64,000 nucleotides of DNA from Squalus acanthias (lineage: Eukaryota): assembly GCA_030390025.1 (NCBI GenBank), contig CM059431.1:101806001-101870000 (forward strand). Direction: 5' to 3'. Each line of letters begins with the position of its first letter. Within the stretch, counting starts at the first letter, position 1. The notes under the pieces were generated by a model. That model did no database searches, was not told where the DNA came from, and saw nothing but the letters and a program-made list of their open reading frames with translations. Below, piece after piece: positions 49,601-57,765 of this stretch. Made by a program: the position numbers and the translations under genes.

Positions 49601-52600
49601 ATAGTATGCAACTGCTTCTGTAGCTGATATAAATTAATTAATAGATTTGTATCTATATTGTAATAAAAACAGAAAATGGTGGAGATCAATTGTTAATTTT
49701 AAATCTGAGATTGATAGCTTTTTGTTAACCAAAGGTATTAAGGGATATGGGGCAAAGGTGGGTATATGGAGTTAGATCGCAGGTCAGCCATGATCTCATT
49801 GAATGGCGGAACAGGCTCGAGGGGCTGAATGGCCTCCTCCTGTCCCTATGAAACACTCAGCAGGTCAGGCAGCATCAGTGGAGAGAGAGAGAAACAGAAT
49901 TCACGTTTCAGGTCGGTGACCTTTCCATCGTCATCGGTCACAAACCCGAAACGTTAACCCTGTTTCTCTCTCTCTCTCGCCACAGACGCTGCCTGACCTG
50001 CTGAGTGTGTCCAGCGTTTTCCGTTTTTATTTCAGATTTCCAGCCTCCGCAGTGTTTTGCTTTTTGTGTTTCTGCATTGTATTGTTTTAAACTTTTGCCG
50101 TGACTTGGAAGCGGTTTTCCTGGGGGTTTGCCGGATTGCACACTCCCGACACCAAAAACACTGTGGAGGGATCGCACTTTATGTAAGAACGGCAGAATCT
50201 GGAATTTGACTAATCTGTCTCGCATTCAGTCTGTTTAGTTTGTGATGAACAGAAAGATGCACATGTTCAAGGTGTGGGCCGACAGAAATGTGTCACCTTT
50301 CCCAGACTGAAATGTTAAACTTCAACCTTATGTAGTGAGGGGTTTTGACAGAGTGAATAAGGAGAAACTGTTTCCAGTGGCAGGAGGGTCGGTAACCAGA
50401 GGACACAGATTTAAGATAATTGGCAAAAGAACCACGTTTTTTTACGCAGCGAGTTGTTGTGATCTGGAACGCGCTGCCTGAAAGGGCGGTGAAAGCAGAT
50501 TCAATGGTAACTTTCAAAAGGGAATTGGATAAATACTTAAAATGGAAAATTTGCAGGGCTACGGGGAAAGAGCGGGGAGTGGGACTAATTGGAGAGCTCT
50601 TTCAAAGAGCAGGCACAGGCACGATGGGCCGAATGGCCTCCCTCTGGCAGTCTCCCTGTTAAGCAATGCCTCGATTTTAAAATTCTCATCCTTATTTTCC
50701 AATCCCTCCATGGCCTCGCCCCTTCTTGTCTCTGTAATCTCCTCCAGCCCCACAACCCCCCCACCCCCCCGGCGAGATATCTGCGCTCCTCTAATTCTGG
50801 CCTCTTGAGCATCCCTGATTATAATCGCTCAACCTTTGGTGACGTGCCTTCGGCTGCCTGGGCCCTAAGCTCTGGAATTCCCTCCCTAAACCTCTCCGCC
50901 TCTCTACCTCTCCCTCCTTTAAGATGCTCCTTAAAATCCACCTCTTTGACTAGGCTGTTGGTCACCTGTGGCTTTGGTGTCAAATATTTTTCGATAATCG
51001 CTCCTGTGAAGCGCCTTGGGACGTTTTACTATGTTAAAGACGCTGTATAAATGCAAGTTGTTGTTGTGCTGTAAGATTCTGTGAGCGGTAATTGTTGGGT
51101 TTAAAGACTGCGCCTTGCTAATACTGGTGTTTGAACAGGACGTGCTGATGGAGTTGTTGGAACAGTGTGCTGATGGACTCTGGAAAGCAGAACGTTATGA
51201 GCTTATTTCGAACGTCTACAAGCTAATTATTCCGGTTTATGAGAAAAGGCGTGAATTTGAGGTAAGTGAAGCTTAGCCCTCACATAAATTACAGGGATAT
51301 AGAACAAAATTAATGGATTTTACACATTGAGCAAGTCAGGCTAAATGCAATCTACCAACAATTCGCATATTAATGCCAGATTAACCTCAATGTTGTTTTC
51401 AATCTGGAGAAGGTGCAGAAAAGATTTACAACGGATGATGCCAGAACTGAGAGGTTATAACTATCAGGAAAGATTGAACAGGCGGGGGCTCTCTACTCTA
51501 GAGAAGAGAAGGCTGAGGGGTGACCTGATAGAGGGCTTCAAAATTATGATGGGGTTCAATAGGGTAGACACAGAGAAGGTGTTTCCACTTGTGGGGGAGA
51601 CCAGAACTAGGGGCCATCAATATAAGATAGTCACTAATAAATCCAGTAGGGAATTCAGGAGAAACTTCTTTACCCAGAGAGTGGTGAGAATGTGGAACTC
51701 GCTACCACAGGGAGTGGTCGAGGCGAATAGCAGAGATACATTTAAGGGGAAGCTGAATAAACACACGAGGGGGAAAGGAATAGAAGGATATGCTGATGGG
51801 GTGAGATGAAGAGGGGTGGGAGGAGGCTCGTGTGGAGCATAAACACCGGCACGGACCAGTTGGGCCGAATGGCCTGTTTCCGTGCTGTGAAATTCTCTGT
51901 AAATCAATAATACTCTTCAAAACAAAGAAGGCAAGCAGAAGTAGCTGTTTGTTTAATCTATTGAAAGTTTGCTGAATGAATTTGTTGGAGTGGAAATGTA
52001 ATATGACTCCCTATCCTGTACCTTGCAGAAACTTGCCCATCTCTACGAAACTCTTCATCAAGCTTACAAGAAGATCGCTGAGGTTATCCACACAGGAAAA
52101 CGACTTCTCGGCACCTACTTTCGAGTAGCCTTTTTTGGTCAGGTAACTATCTGCTTTCTATTTAATGTCTGTATTAACCAGTTTCTATCATGTGCAACTT
52201 AGACAGTAAAGTGTGGACTGATCTGTTCTTCTGAAAGCTTTTATAGTTTTGATAGTTCTTTGATAAAACTTTTAAAAGGTTTGACAGAGTAAATAAGGAG
52301 AAACTGTTTCCAGTGGCAGGAGGGTCGGTAACCAGAGGGACACAGATTTGAGGTGATTGGCAAAAGAACCAGAGGGGAAATGAGAATTATTTTTTTAATG
52401 CAGCGAGTTGTTGTGATCTGGAATGCGCTGCCTGAAAGGGCGGTGGAAGCAGATTCAAATAGTATCTTTCAAAAGGGGATTGGATAAATACTAGAAGGGG
52501 AGAAATTTGCAGGGCTACGGGGAAAGGGCAGGGGGAGTAGGACTAACTGGAGAGCTCTTTCAAAGAGCCGGCACAGGCAAGATGGGTCAAACGGCCTCCT

Positions 52601-55600
52601 ATGCCGCATGGTGAACCTGTATAAAACACTGGTTCGGCCGCAACTGGAGTATTGTCCAATTCTGGGCACCGCACTTTAGGAAGGATGTGAAGGCCATAGA
52701 GAGGGAGCAGAAAAGATTTACAAGAATGGATCCAGGGATGAGGGACTTCAGTTACGTGGATAGACTGGAGAAGCTGAGATTGTTCTCCTTCGAGCAGAGA
52801 AGGTTGAGAGGAGATTTGATAGAAGTGTTCAAAATCATGAGGGGTCTGGACAGAGTAGATAGAGAAAAACTGTTCCCATTGGCGGAAGGGTCGAGAACCA
52901 GAGGACACAGATTCAAAGTGATTGGCGGAAGAACATGAGGGGAAAACTTTTTTTTTTCTTGATTTTGAATCATAAATGCTTTTTTTTTGAATGTTGATTA
53001 ACAAAAAAACAATTTTTTTTTCCAAAAGATTGTCTTGAAATGTTTAGTTTATTAAATGCCTTGCTTATTCGTAGCATTAATACATTCTTTCCACTCTTTT
53101 CCCTTTTTAAAGGCAGCGGTAAGTTCTGCAGTAGGTCCTTTGGTGTAAGCTGTGAACGCTTGCTGTGCCTTGGTGTGACCTCGCTAGTTTGCTTCTGAAG
53201 TCATCTGCTTTGCAAACGTAACCGTAAAGCTGAACGGCAGGAATGCCGTTTTACGAATACCCTACACTGCCTTGCTTTGTACATAGTGCTGCATGTCGAG
53301 AAGTGGAAATATTTGGCTGATTCTGCAATCCACTTTGCACTGTAATAAATCACCAGTCCACTTTATATTTAAAAAAAAACACAGCCTTAAAACTCACCGA
53401 CGCATTGTGAAGTTTGATTTTTATTTTTTTTGCCGTTAGGCTTGGCGTGTTCTTCAGTTTTTAGATGAGTACCTCTAGTGCAACTGCTAGGAACAAATGT
53501 AATTACCATTTTGTTCTTTTGTTCTTATAACCTTTATAGCAATACCAGTTTACAGACAATGAGAGAGATGTGGAGGTAATTCAAAGATGGTATCACAAGT
53601 AATGCAGTAAAGCTCACTGCATTAAAGGCGCTCTGATTTGATGTGGGTAGTTTTTGTCAGTCTGATTAAAAGTGCGCATCACCCGTACTCCATCCAACTC
53701 TTGTGCATCACCCGTTATATTCTATTACTGGAACGATGTCTGCTGCACCCATATTGTAATTATTTGTCTACATTTTAAGACTGGTTTATTTCCACGTACC
53801 GCATCTAATTTTTTTATTTTGCACAAGAGTTACTTTCTCCGCCTGTGCCTCTCCTCGGTGCTTTTAGTGATTTTTTTTATCAGTCAGGTCCCTGGAGACG
53901 ACCTGCGGCGAGGCAGAAACCAGGCTTGAGCCACACAACGTGGACTGCTTTTGAGGGCCAGTATTACTGAGGCGTTGTGAGCATTCCATAAGTGACGGCG
54001 CCAGGCAGCTTGTCAAAAGCCTTGCTTATGGTTTGGAGAGCCGGTACTTCCATCCAAATGCCAATCCGTGTAAAGACGTATCATTAAAATCTCGGACTTT
54101 GCACAAGCGTCTGCGGCGTTCAGTCTTCACGGCCAATGAAATACACCAGTTAAGTTCCGTAGCAAAAAAAAATAAAAAATTACTTGGTCTTCACAATCCA
54201 CCTGTTGTGTTTTTTTCATCTAAATCTAACCTTTTTGCAGCATACTTTGAATGAATCCGGTTGCAAAGTCATACCTGCGATTTGTAAAATGATTCCCTCT
54301 GCCATTGCCCTTTGGACCGAGCTCTGCGAGCCCGATGTTCTGACCCTTGTACTAACCTGAAAAGCAGTGCCAGCAGTTGCTGTGTTAAACGGGCACCGAA
54401 CTCTCATCTTATTGTCACTCTGAAACAAAAATGAGACTCGGATTCTTCTCCCCAAGTTAGATCTGATAATAAAAACATACTATAAAAATGTAACAGGTAA
54501 AAAATAAAAAGTGATATTTGGCGACATGACATTGGCCAGTTTGAATCCTTGTAAGACACGGCTGGAGAGTAGCATCGCCTTGGATTCACAGCCACGAACC
54601 TTAATTCCTTCTGAAATTATTTGAAAACCAGTTGGTGTGCTTGGGGGGAAGTTTGGAGAATCTTTCGTTTGCTTTTGTTTTGTCTTTTCCAAGCTTTGAT
54701 TTGACGTTGGTTCATCACGCCGCATCTCTGCTTTATTTGGAGTAATTTTCACACGTCGCCTGACCTGTTTAACCTCGTTTTTTTTGAACAGGGGTTCTTT
54801 GAGGATGCGGATGGAAAGGAGTACATTTATAAAGAGCCTAAACTGACCCAGCTGTCTGAGATCTCCCAGCGACTGCTGAAACTTTATTCCGACAAGTTTG
54901 GCTCGGAGAATGTAAGAATGATCTACGACGATGGAAAGGTGAGAGCAGTGTTATCAAATGTCCGCCTTCTTTGGCAATTCTGCGCTTTCGTAAGCACTTT
55001 CTTATCACCTACCTTGCGCAACCTGGTGCTTCTGTTGTGTATTGCTTCCCTTAAGAAATTCTGCAGGTGCCCTTGTGGGAGTTTCCAAAACTTCAACACT
55101 TCTGGGAAACGTGAGAGGTTCAAATACTTTATCCAACGTGGGCTATTGTTTAAGATTATAAAAACATCTTCAAGTAACTCCTACATTCATACATATTTCT
55201 GATTATATTGACCGGCTGAATGGGTTTACTGCACCATTGTGTGGTTTTTTTATTCCAATAAAAAGGGATATACAGTATATATATATATATATCTTGTGCT
55301 CTTTATCACAATGTCCCAAAGTGCTTTACAACCAATGGATTACTTTTGAAGTGCAGTCACTTTTTATGTCGGCAAACATGACCCCACAATCCTCAAATCA
55401 TAGAATGATACAGCACAGAAGGAGACCATTCGGCCCATCGTGCCTGTGCCGGCTCTTTGAAAGAGCGCTCCAATTAGTCCCACTCCCCCCTGCTCTTTCC
55501 CCATAGTCCAACAGTTAGTTCCTCCTCTGAGTTAAATTTCATCTGTCGTGTGTCTGCACATTTCACCAGTCTGACTATGTCCTCCTGAAGTCTGTTACTA

Positions 55601-57226
55601 TCCTCCTCGTCCTCATCCTCCAAGTTTCGTATCCCCTGCAAACTTTGAAGTGATGCCCCCTATATCCAAGTCCAGGTCATTGATATATATCAAAAACAGC
55701 AGTAGTCCAAACACCGAGTCCTGGGGGAACAGCACTGCGCATGTCCCTCTAGTCTGGAAAAACAACTGCTCACTACACAAGAATCAAGTGAGAGGAATGA
55801 CCAGTTAATCTGTCTTTAGTGGGGTTGCTTTGGTACTGAGGCAGAATCTGTTTACTGTCTCATCTGGTCACCACATTACAGGAAAGATGTGATTGCATTA
55901 GAGAGGGTGCAGAGGAGATTTATGAGGATGTTGCCTGGGCTGGGGAACTTTAGCTACGAGGAAAGATTGGATAGGCTGGGGTTGTTTTCTTTGGAACAGA
56001 GGAGGCTGAGGGGAGACTTGATTGAGGTGTATAAAATTATGAGGGGCCCAGATAGAGTGGATAGGAAGGACCTATTTCCCCTAGCAGAGAGGTCAATAAC
56101 CAGGGGGCATAGATTTAAAGTAATTGGTAGAAGGATTAGAGGGGAGTTGAGGAGAACTTTGTTCACCCAGAGGGTGGTGGGGGTCTGGAACTCGCTGCCT
56201 GAAAGGGTGGGAGAGGCAGAAACCCTCATCACATTTAAAAAGTACTTGGATATGCACTTGAAGTGTCGTAACCTACAGGGCTACGGACCAAGAGCTGGAA
56301 AGTGGGATTAGGCTGGAGAGCTCTTTTTCGACCGGCCAAATTGGCCTCCTTCTGTGCCATAAATTTCTGATTCTAATATACAGACTTCTCTCTTCCTACA
56401 AACTTCGCAAGAGCCTCCTTTTTAAGTTGAGATAGAAACATTCCATCAGGCAATCTAACCCATCAATCGACCTTCACCGAGGTTGGAGTTTCCACTAAAC
56501 TAAACAAACACGCTTATTCAAAATGCCGTTAGCACACTTGGCATTGACAAGTGAGTAACAGGAAATTTGGCTCGTGGCTTCTGTTACGATTCGTTTATCT
56601 GATCAACTCCTTGCTCAGCAGTTTGACCAAGGATTATGTTTGTACCAAAATATTTAAAGAGGTTAGTGTGTTTGTTGCTGATTTTCCTACATTAAATTGC
56701 CAATTGTCCTTTCCCCAGAGTAGGTAGAACCAGAATTCTTTTGGGAATCCAACCTTTGTATCGGGGGAATACTTCTATGAATCTACGATTCTATAACACC
56801 TCATAAAATAGGAGAGAATTTACATTTATGTAGTGCCTTTCCCGACCACAGGCCTTCAATTAGTGCCTTCAATTACCACAGTCAATCTTACACCCCTCTC
56901 TCTCTTTAAGTTGGGAGAAATTTGATCCTCCGCTAAAATGTTAACTGTTGCCCTTGAGTTAACGGATTATGTTTACTCCAGTGTTTTCTGATGAAGTTAT
57001 ATTCTTTTTCAAAAGGTCAATCCAAAAGACTTAGACTCGAAATATGCCTACATTCAAGTGACGTATGTGACTCCGTATCTCGACGAGAAGGAGTTGCTGG
57101 ACCGAAAAACAGATTTCGAGAAAAGTCACAATATTCAGCGGTTTGTATTCGAGATGCCGTTCACCATCTCTGGAAAGAAGCAAGGAGGAGTTGAGCAACA
57201 GTGTAAGAGAAGAACTATCCTGACAA
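3667..57226 (+). CDS. DOCK9: DOCK-D (Zizimin) family Cdc42 GEF, DOCK9-like (DOCK9/DOCK11), internal part of a multi-exon gene; 14 exons in window, start and stop outside
   Basis: Exons with AG/GT borders and compatible phases join into one open frame matching recalled DOCK9 sequence ([69 protein letters not shown]). Family is certain; DOCK9 versus DOCK11 orthology is not. Confidence 0.85.
4022..4613. mobile_element. MITE-like element with 3-bp TSD (ACT), interrupted by CR1
   Basis: ggggaattcttcggatct versus agatcggaggaatttcccg imperfect TIRs; act on both flanks. Confidence 0.65.
4165..4582 (+). mobile_element. CR1 3' fragment nested in a MITE
   Basis: ORF 4164-4511 [17 protein letters not shown]. 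Confidence 0.9.
6822..6937 (+). CDS. DOCK9: DOCK9-like exon ([39 protein letters not shown])
   Basis: attag|GC...AAG|gtactg, 116 nt, phase 1 to 0. Confidence 0.95.
7145..7852 (+). mobile_element. Penelope-like element 3' fragment: GIY-YIG endonuclease remnant plus terminal repeat
   Basis: ORF 7231-7506 has AYCIRC...[17 protein letters not shown]...VACHFN, a PLE-type GIY-YIG motif; premature stop; followed by a hammerhead-bearing repeat. Confidence 0.9.
7722..7758 (+). ncRNA. Minimal type I hammerhead ribozyme motif (Penelope-associated)
   Basis: agtt-CTGACGA-a-gggtc-aca-gacct-GAAA-cg-TT-gact: stem I, core, stem II, palindromic ACGT stem III, GUU site. Confidence 0.75.
8436..10120 (-). mobile_element. 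Deu-domain SINE carrying an internal 33-bp minisatellite
   Basis: SINE tail and core at 8436-8766, array, then SINE sequence resumes (cactggagtgtcagg...aagtctctgg). Confidence 0.85.
8767..10080. repeat. 33-bp minisatellite, about 40 copies
   Basis: unit ccgacagtgcggcgctccctcagtactgcccct; period 33 read directly (9061, 9094). Confidence 0.97.
10125..10440 (-). mobile_element. Third SINE family fragment
   Basis: reverse complement aligns to 20245-20580. Confidence 0.78.
10900..11865 (-). mobile_element. Older CR1 fragment hosting the 32-bp minisatellite
   Basis: ctggagtactgtgtggagttttggtcccc on the minus strand before the array; [11 protein letters not shown] after it. Confidence 0.75.
11116..11810. 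repeat. 32-bp minisatellite, about 21 copies, inside a minus-strand CR1 fragment
   Basis: unit ctccaacaactgaatatccttctctgtacccc; minus strand encodes the CR1 motif [12 protein letters not shown]. Confidence 0.95.
11905..12250 (-). mobile_element. CR1 3' fragment
   Basis: same subfamily as 39745-40250 and 50335-50640. Confidence 0.8.
12601..12738 (+). CDS. DOCK9: DOCK9-like exon ([18 protein letters not shown]...ALRNLVYK)
   Basis: ctctctag|GGC...AAG|gtacga, 138 nt, phase 0. Confidence 0.95.
12862..13044 (+). CDS. DOCK9: DOCK9-like exon ([24 protein letters not shown]...FVRTHLQ)
   Basis: tttttcag|TTT...CAG|gtcagt, 183 nt, phase 0. Confidence 0.95.
13064..13695 (+). mobile_element. Nested CR1 3' fragments
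   Basis: gaatttagaaggttaaggggtgatctgatcgaag...ggaactctct, two CR1 tails. Confidence 0.85.
13800..15025 (-). mobile_element. MITE-like element split by a SINE; inverted relative of about 90-462
   Basis: shared ttctgtacctgatttgaca...aattcaccc and tctctctcaatcca...ctctttatttctctt; ends in aattctggccc. Confidence 0.6.
14063..14528 (-). mobile_element. Full-length Deu-domain SINE nested in a MITE-like element
   Basis: reverse complement aligns end to end with 43735-44200. Confidence 0.85.
15180..15615 (+). mobile_element. CR1 3' fragment
   Basis: very similar to 4165-4582. Confidence 0.9.
15840..16200 (-). mobile_element. CR1 3' fragment
   Basis: ORF 15906-16190 [10 protein letters not shown]...KNFFTQRV. 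Confidence 0.88.
17260..17720 (-). mobile_element. CR1 3' fragment nested in a putative LTR
   Basis: aacataagaacataagaaataggagcagga tail; CR1 ORF2 end. Confidence 0.85.
17850..18090 (-). mobile_element. L2 3' fragment nested in a putative LTR
   Basis: caacaacaacttgtatttatatagcacc tail. Confidence 0.85.
18382..19310 (+). mobile_element. CR1 LINE 3' fragment
   Basis: ORF 18632-19327: [12 protein letters not shown]...[13 protein letters not shown]...[16 protein letters not shown]. Confidence 0.93.
19779..19939. mobile_element. Short hairpin MITE
   Basis: ggccgagaaatt...aatttctgggcc; cggtggcgcagaacgggcggtatcggatc pairs with gatccgctaccgcccgttctatgtcaccg. Confidence 0.7.
20043..20605 (+). mobile_element. 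Third tRNA-derived SINE family (two tandem heads) with a tail from the 47-kb LINE family
   Basis: tagcatagcggtta / gagttcaaatcc boxes; core ctggttcactgatgtccttcagggaaggaaatctgcc; tail gggcaataaatgctggcc. Confidence 0.75.
20815..21050 (-). mobile_element. Deu-domain SINE 3' fragment
   Basis: aligns to 43965-44200. Confidence 0.8.
21300..21413 (+). CDS. DOCK9: DOCK9-like exon ([38 protein letters not shown])
   Basis: tttctgcag|GTA...AAG|gtgagc, 114 nt, phase 0. Confidence 0.95.
21600..21955 (+). mobile_element. 3' end of the 47088-48680 LINE family
   Basis: [20 protein letters not shown]...HHHLLEGN. Confidence 0.88.
22690..22980. repeat. CT-rich polypyrimidine microsatellite
   Basis: (ct)n interspersed with ccctcc. 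Confidence 0.95.
23221..24128. repeat. Compound satellite: caggccgggcc plus variable (AG)n
   Basis: dozens of acaggccgggcc(ag)n units. Confidence 0.95.
24534..24749 (+). CDS. DOCK9: DOCK9-like exon ([28 protein letters not shown]...HGDLSE)
   Basis: ccattgcag|GCC...GAG|gtaatt, 216 nt, phase 0. Confidence 0.96.
24785..25790 (-). mobile_element. Deu-domain SINE, full length, with internal 33-bp minisatellite
   Basis: tail, core, array 25095-25682, tRNA head to about 25790. Confidence 0.85.
25095..25682. repeat. 33-bp minisatellite, about 18 copies
   Basis: same unit as 8767-10080. Confidence 0.97.
26419..26476 (+). CDS. DOCK9: DOCK9-like exon ([19 protein letters not shown]), DHR2 N-terminal region
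   Basis: gttttcag|GCA...AAAG|gtaagg, 58 nt, phase 0 to 1. Confidence 0.95.
27073..28250. repeat. 33-bp minisatellite, about 36 copies, followed by a SINE head to about 28345
   Basis: same unit; then gtgctcaagtctctggagtgggac...ctgagccacggc. Confidence 0.97.
29835..30972 (+). mobile_element. Deu-domain SINE with internal 33-bp minisatellite
   Basis: cagccgtggctcagtgggtagcac head, array, then ggtgccgtctttcagatgagacg core and tail. Confidence 0.85.
29868..30660. repeat. 33-bp minisatellite, about 24 copies, opposite orientation
   Basis: unit cagtactgagggagcgccgcactgtcggagggg. Confidence 0.97.
31125..31450 (+). mobile_element. CR1 3' fragment
   Basis: gagaaactgttcccattggcggaagggtcgagaaccagaggacacag. 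Confidence 0.85.
31570..32085 (+). mobile_element. L2 LINE 3' fragment
   Basis: gctgacctacattggctcccggtc (DLHWLPV) L2 signature and gctatataaa tail. Confidence 0.88.
32420..32878 (+). mobile_element. CR1 3' fragment, part of the segment duplicated with 51435-52087
   Basis: ORF 32533-32796; co-linear with 51435-51890. Confidence 0.9.
33007..33063 (+). pseudogene. Decayed partial duplicate of DOCK exon 52029-52142 (pseudo-exon)
   Basis: ttgcag|aaacttgcccatctctataaaattcatcaagcttaccaaagaaaattgctgaggtta aligns to 52023-52087 with a 3-nt deletion and a 2-nt insertion; upstream intron sequence is also duplicated. Confidence 0.9.
33170..33495 (-). mobile_element. Penelope-like terminal repeat fragment
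   Basis: reverse complement aligns to 7600-7852 (gatgctgcctgacct..., ttccagcattttctgtttttatttcagatttccagc). Confidence 0.85.
33268..33304 (-). ncRNA. Minimal type I hammerhead ribozyme motif (Penelope-associated)
   Basis: reverse complement reads agtt-CTGACGA-a-gggtc-atc-gacct-GAAA-cg-TT-aact, all stems intact. Confidence 0.78.
33885..33991 (+). CDS. DOCK9: DOCK9-like exon ([36 protein letters not shown])
   Basis: ctcttccag|GT...GAG|gtgagt, 107 nt, phase 1 to 0. Confidence 0.95.
34415..34760 (-). mobile_element. Deu-domain SINE fragment
   Basis: aligns to about 43845-44200. Confidence 0.8.
36130..36830. mobile_element. L2 fragments (+ at 36130-36365, - at about 36380-36830)
   Basis: gactattccaacgctctcctggctggcctccc ([11 protein letters not shown]); [16 protein letters not shown] on the minus strand. 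Confidence 0.8.
36965..38498 (-). mobile_element. CR1 LINE, 5' truncated (about 1.5 kb), disrupted reverse transcriptase
   Basis: [51 protein letters not shown] split over several frames; CR1 3' UTR. Confidence 0.95.
38500..39275 (-). mobile_element. CR1 LINE 3' fragment
   Basis: QRRFTRMIP...[16 protein letters not shown]. Confidence 0.9.
39745..40250 (-). mobile_element. CR1 3' fragment
   Basis: [14 protein letters not shown]. Confidence 0.85.
40285..40570. mobile_element. Penelope-like terminal repeats in inverted arrangement
   Basis: about 40310-40405 is the reverse complement of about 40483-40565; same family as 7720-7850. Confidence 0.8.
40469..40505 (+). ncRNA. Minimal hammerhead ribozyme motif with one stem II mismatch
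   Basis: agtt-CTGACGA-a-ggatc-atc-gacct-GAAA-cg-TT-gact. Confidence 0.65.
40825..41190 (+). mobile_element. CR1 3' fragment, near-identical inverted partner of 36965-37320
   Basis: shares gggtatattcaaaacagaagtcgatagatttctgactagtaagggcatcaagggatatggcgatagggccggtgaat. Confidence 0.88.
41403..41695 (-). mobile_element. Deu-domain SINE fragment
   Basis: aligns to about 43905-44200. Confidence 0.8.
41755..42130 (-). mobile_element. Third SINE family copy
   Basis: reverse complement aligns to 20195-20600. Confidence 0.78.
42315..42997 (-). mobile_element. CR1 LINE 3' fragment
   Basis: ORF 42517-43044 has CR1 ORF2 C-terminal motifs. Confidence 0.92.
43735..44200 (+). mobile_element. Full-length Deu-domain SINE (SacSINE1-like), tRNA head and L2-type tail
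   Basis: tggctcagtgg / gttcaagtcc boxes; gtcggaggtgccgtctttcagatgagac...aaagatcccatggc Deu-like core; tail aaggcgctatataaatgcaag. Confidence 0.85.
44434..45176. mobile_element. MITE-like non-autonomous DNA transposon, TSD AAT
   Basis: ggcccaaaaatta...taatttctgggcc; GC-rich ends, AT-rich centre. Confidence 0.7.
45320..45685 (+). mobile_element. L2 3' fragment
   Basis: [17 protein letters not shown]. Confidence 0.85.
46095..47010 (-). mobile_element. L2 fragments: 3' end (46095-46400) and endonuclease-region remnant (46680-47010)
   Basis: L2 tail; [14 protein letters not shown] motif in ORF 46667-46945. Confidence 0.75.
46416..46665. repeat. (CT)n/(CTGT) microsatellite
   Basis: direct reading. 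Confidence 0.95.
47088..48680 (+). mobile_element. Non-LTR retrotransposon of a second CR1-group family, 5' truncated, disrupted RT
   Basis: [53 protein letters not shown]; stops and frameshifts; tail gggcaataaaatgctggcc. Confidence 0.9.
48704..49092. mobile_element. MITE-like element, TSD TAT
   Basis: gggggcaaagttc...gaatttttccccc; internal tagcgcccc / ggggcgcta repeats. Confidence 0.7.
49660..50065. mobile_element. Penelope-like inverted terminal repeats; left arm interrupted by a CR1 tail (about 49683-49850)
   Basis: acactcagcaggtcaggcagc...aaacag versus ctgtttctctc...gctgcctgacctgctgagtgt; hammerhead cores decayed. Confidence 0.75.
50650..51066 (+). mobile_element. L2 3' fragment
   Basis: [18 protein letters not shown]; tail gctgtataaatgcaagttgttgttg. 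Confidence 0.85.
51139..51261 (+). CDS. DOCK9: DOCK9-like exon ([41 protein letters not shown])
   Basis: ttgaacag|GAC...GAG|gtaagt, 123 nt, phase 0. Confidence 0.95.
51405..51890 (+). mobile_element. CR1 3' fragment
   Basis: ORF 51345-51809. Confidence 0.9.
52029..52142 (+). CDS. DOCK9: DOCK9-like exon ([38 protein letters not shown])
   Basis: ccttgcag|AAA...CAG|gtaact, 114 nt, phase 0. Confidence 0.95.
52270..52960 (+). mobile_element. Two adjacent CR1 fragments
   Basis: 3' end to about 52605, then a RPQLEYCPI...[13 protein letters not shown] fragment. Confidence 0.85.
53113..53118 (+). CDS. DOCK9: 6-nt microexon (Ala-Ala)
   Basis: long pyrimidine tract, tttttaaag|GCAGCG|gtaagt (consensus donor); matches the AA in recalled DOCK9 GQ-AA-QYQFTD. 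Confidence 0.8.
53540..53575 (+). CDS. DOCK9: 36-nt cassette exon ([12 protein letters not shown])
   Basis: cctttatag|CAA...GAG|gtaatt; matches recalled DOCK9 QYQFTDSETDVE. Confidence 0.88.
54792..54938 (+). CDS. DOCK9: DOCK9-like exon ([49 protein letters not shown])
   Basis: ttttgaacag|GGG...AAG|gtgaga, 147 nt, phase 0. Confidence 0.95.
55860..56372 (+). mobile_element. CR1 3' fragment
   Basis: ORF 55889-56311. Confidence 0.9.
57016..57226 (+). CDS. DOCK9: DOCK9-like exon ([18 protein letters not shown]...[10 protein letters not shown])
   Basis: ttttcaaaag|GTC...ACAA|gtaagt, 211 nt, phase 0 to 1. Confidence 0.95.
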
Positions 57227-57327
57227 GTAAGTGCCATTTCTCATTGCTTTGTCCCACACTGGAATAAAACCCCCAGGGTGTTACCTCTCCTCCCCCCCCC
57301 ACCCCCCCCCCCCCCCCCCCCCCCCCG

Positions 57328-57765
57328 AGCTCGCTGACCTACATTGGCTCCCGGTCCGGCAACGCCTCGATTTCAAAATTCTCAGCCTTGTTTTCAAATC
57401 CCTCCATGGCCTCGCCCCCCTCTCTATCTCTGTAACCTCCTCCAGCCCTACAACCCTCCAAGATCTCTGCGCTCCTCCAATTCTGGCCTTTTGTCCATCC
57501 CCGATTTTCATCGCTCCACCATTGGCAGCCGTGCCTTCAGCTGCCTCGGCCCTAAGCTCTGGAATTCCCTCCCTAAACCTCTCCACCTCTCTTTCCTCTT
57601 TTAAGACGCTCCTTAAAACCTACCTCTTTGACCAAGTTATTGGTTACCTGCCCTAATATCTCCTTATGATGTGGCTCGGTGTCAAATTTTGTCTGATAAC
57701 GCTCCAGTGAAGCGCCTTGGGACGTTTTACTACGTTAAAGGCGCTGTATAAATGCAAGTTGTTGT
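57328..57765 (+). mobile_element. L2 LINE 3' fragment
   Basis: [30 protein letters not shown]. Confidence 0.9.

Noticed and set aside
49900..49960. Additional functional hammerheads
   Set aside because: GAAACGT half-motifs remain but the CTGANGA core is lost on both arms.
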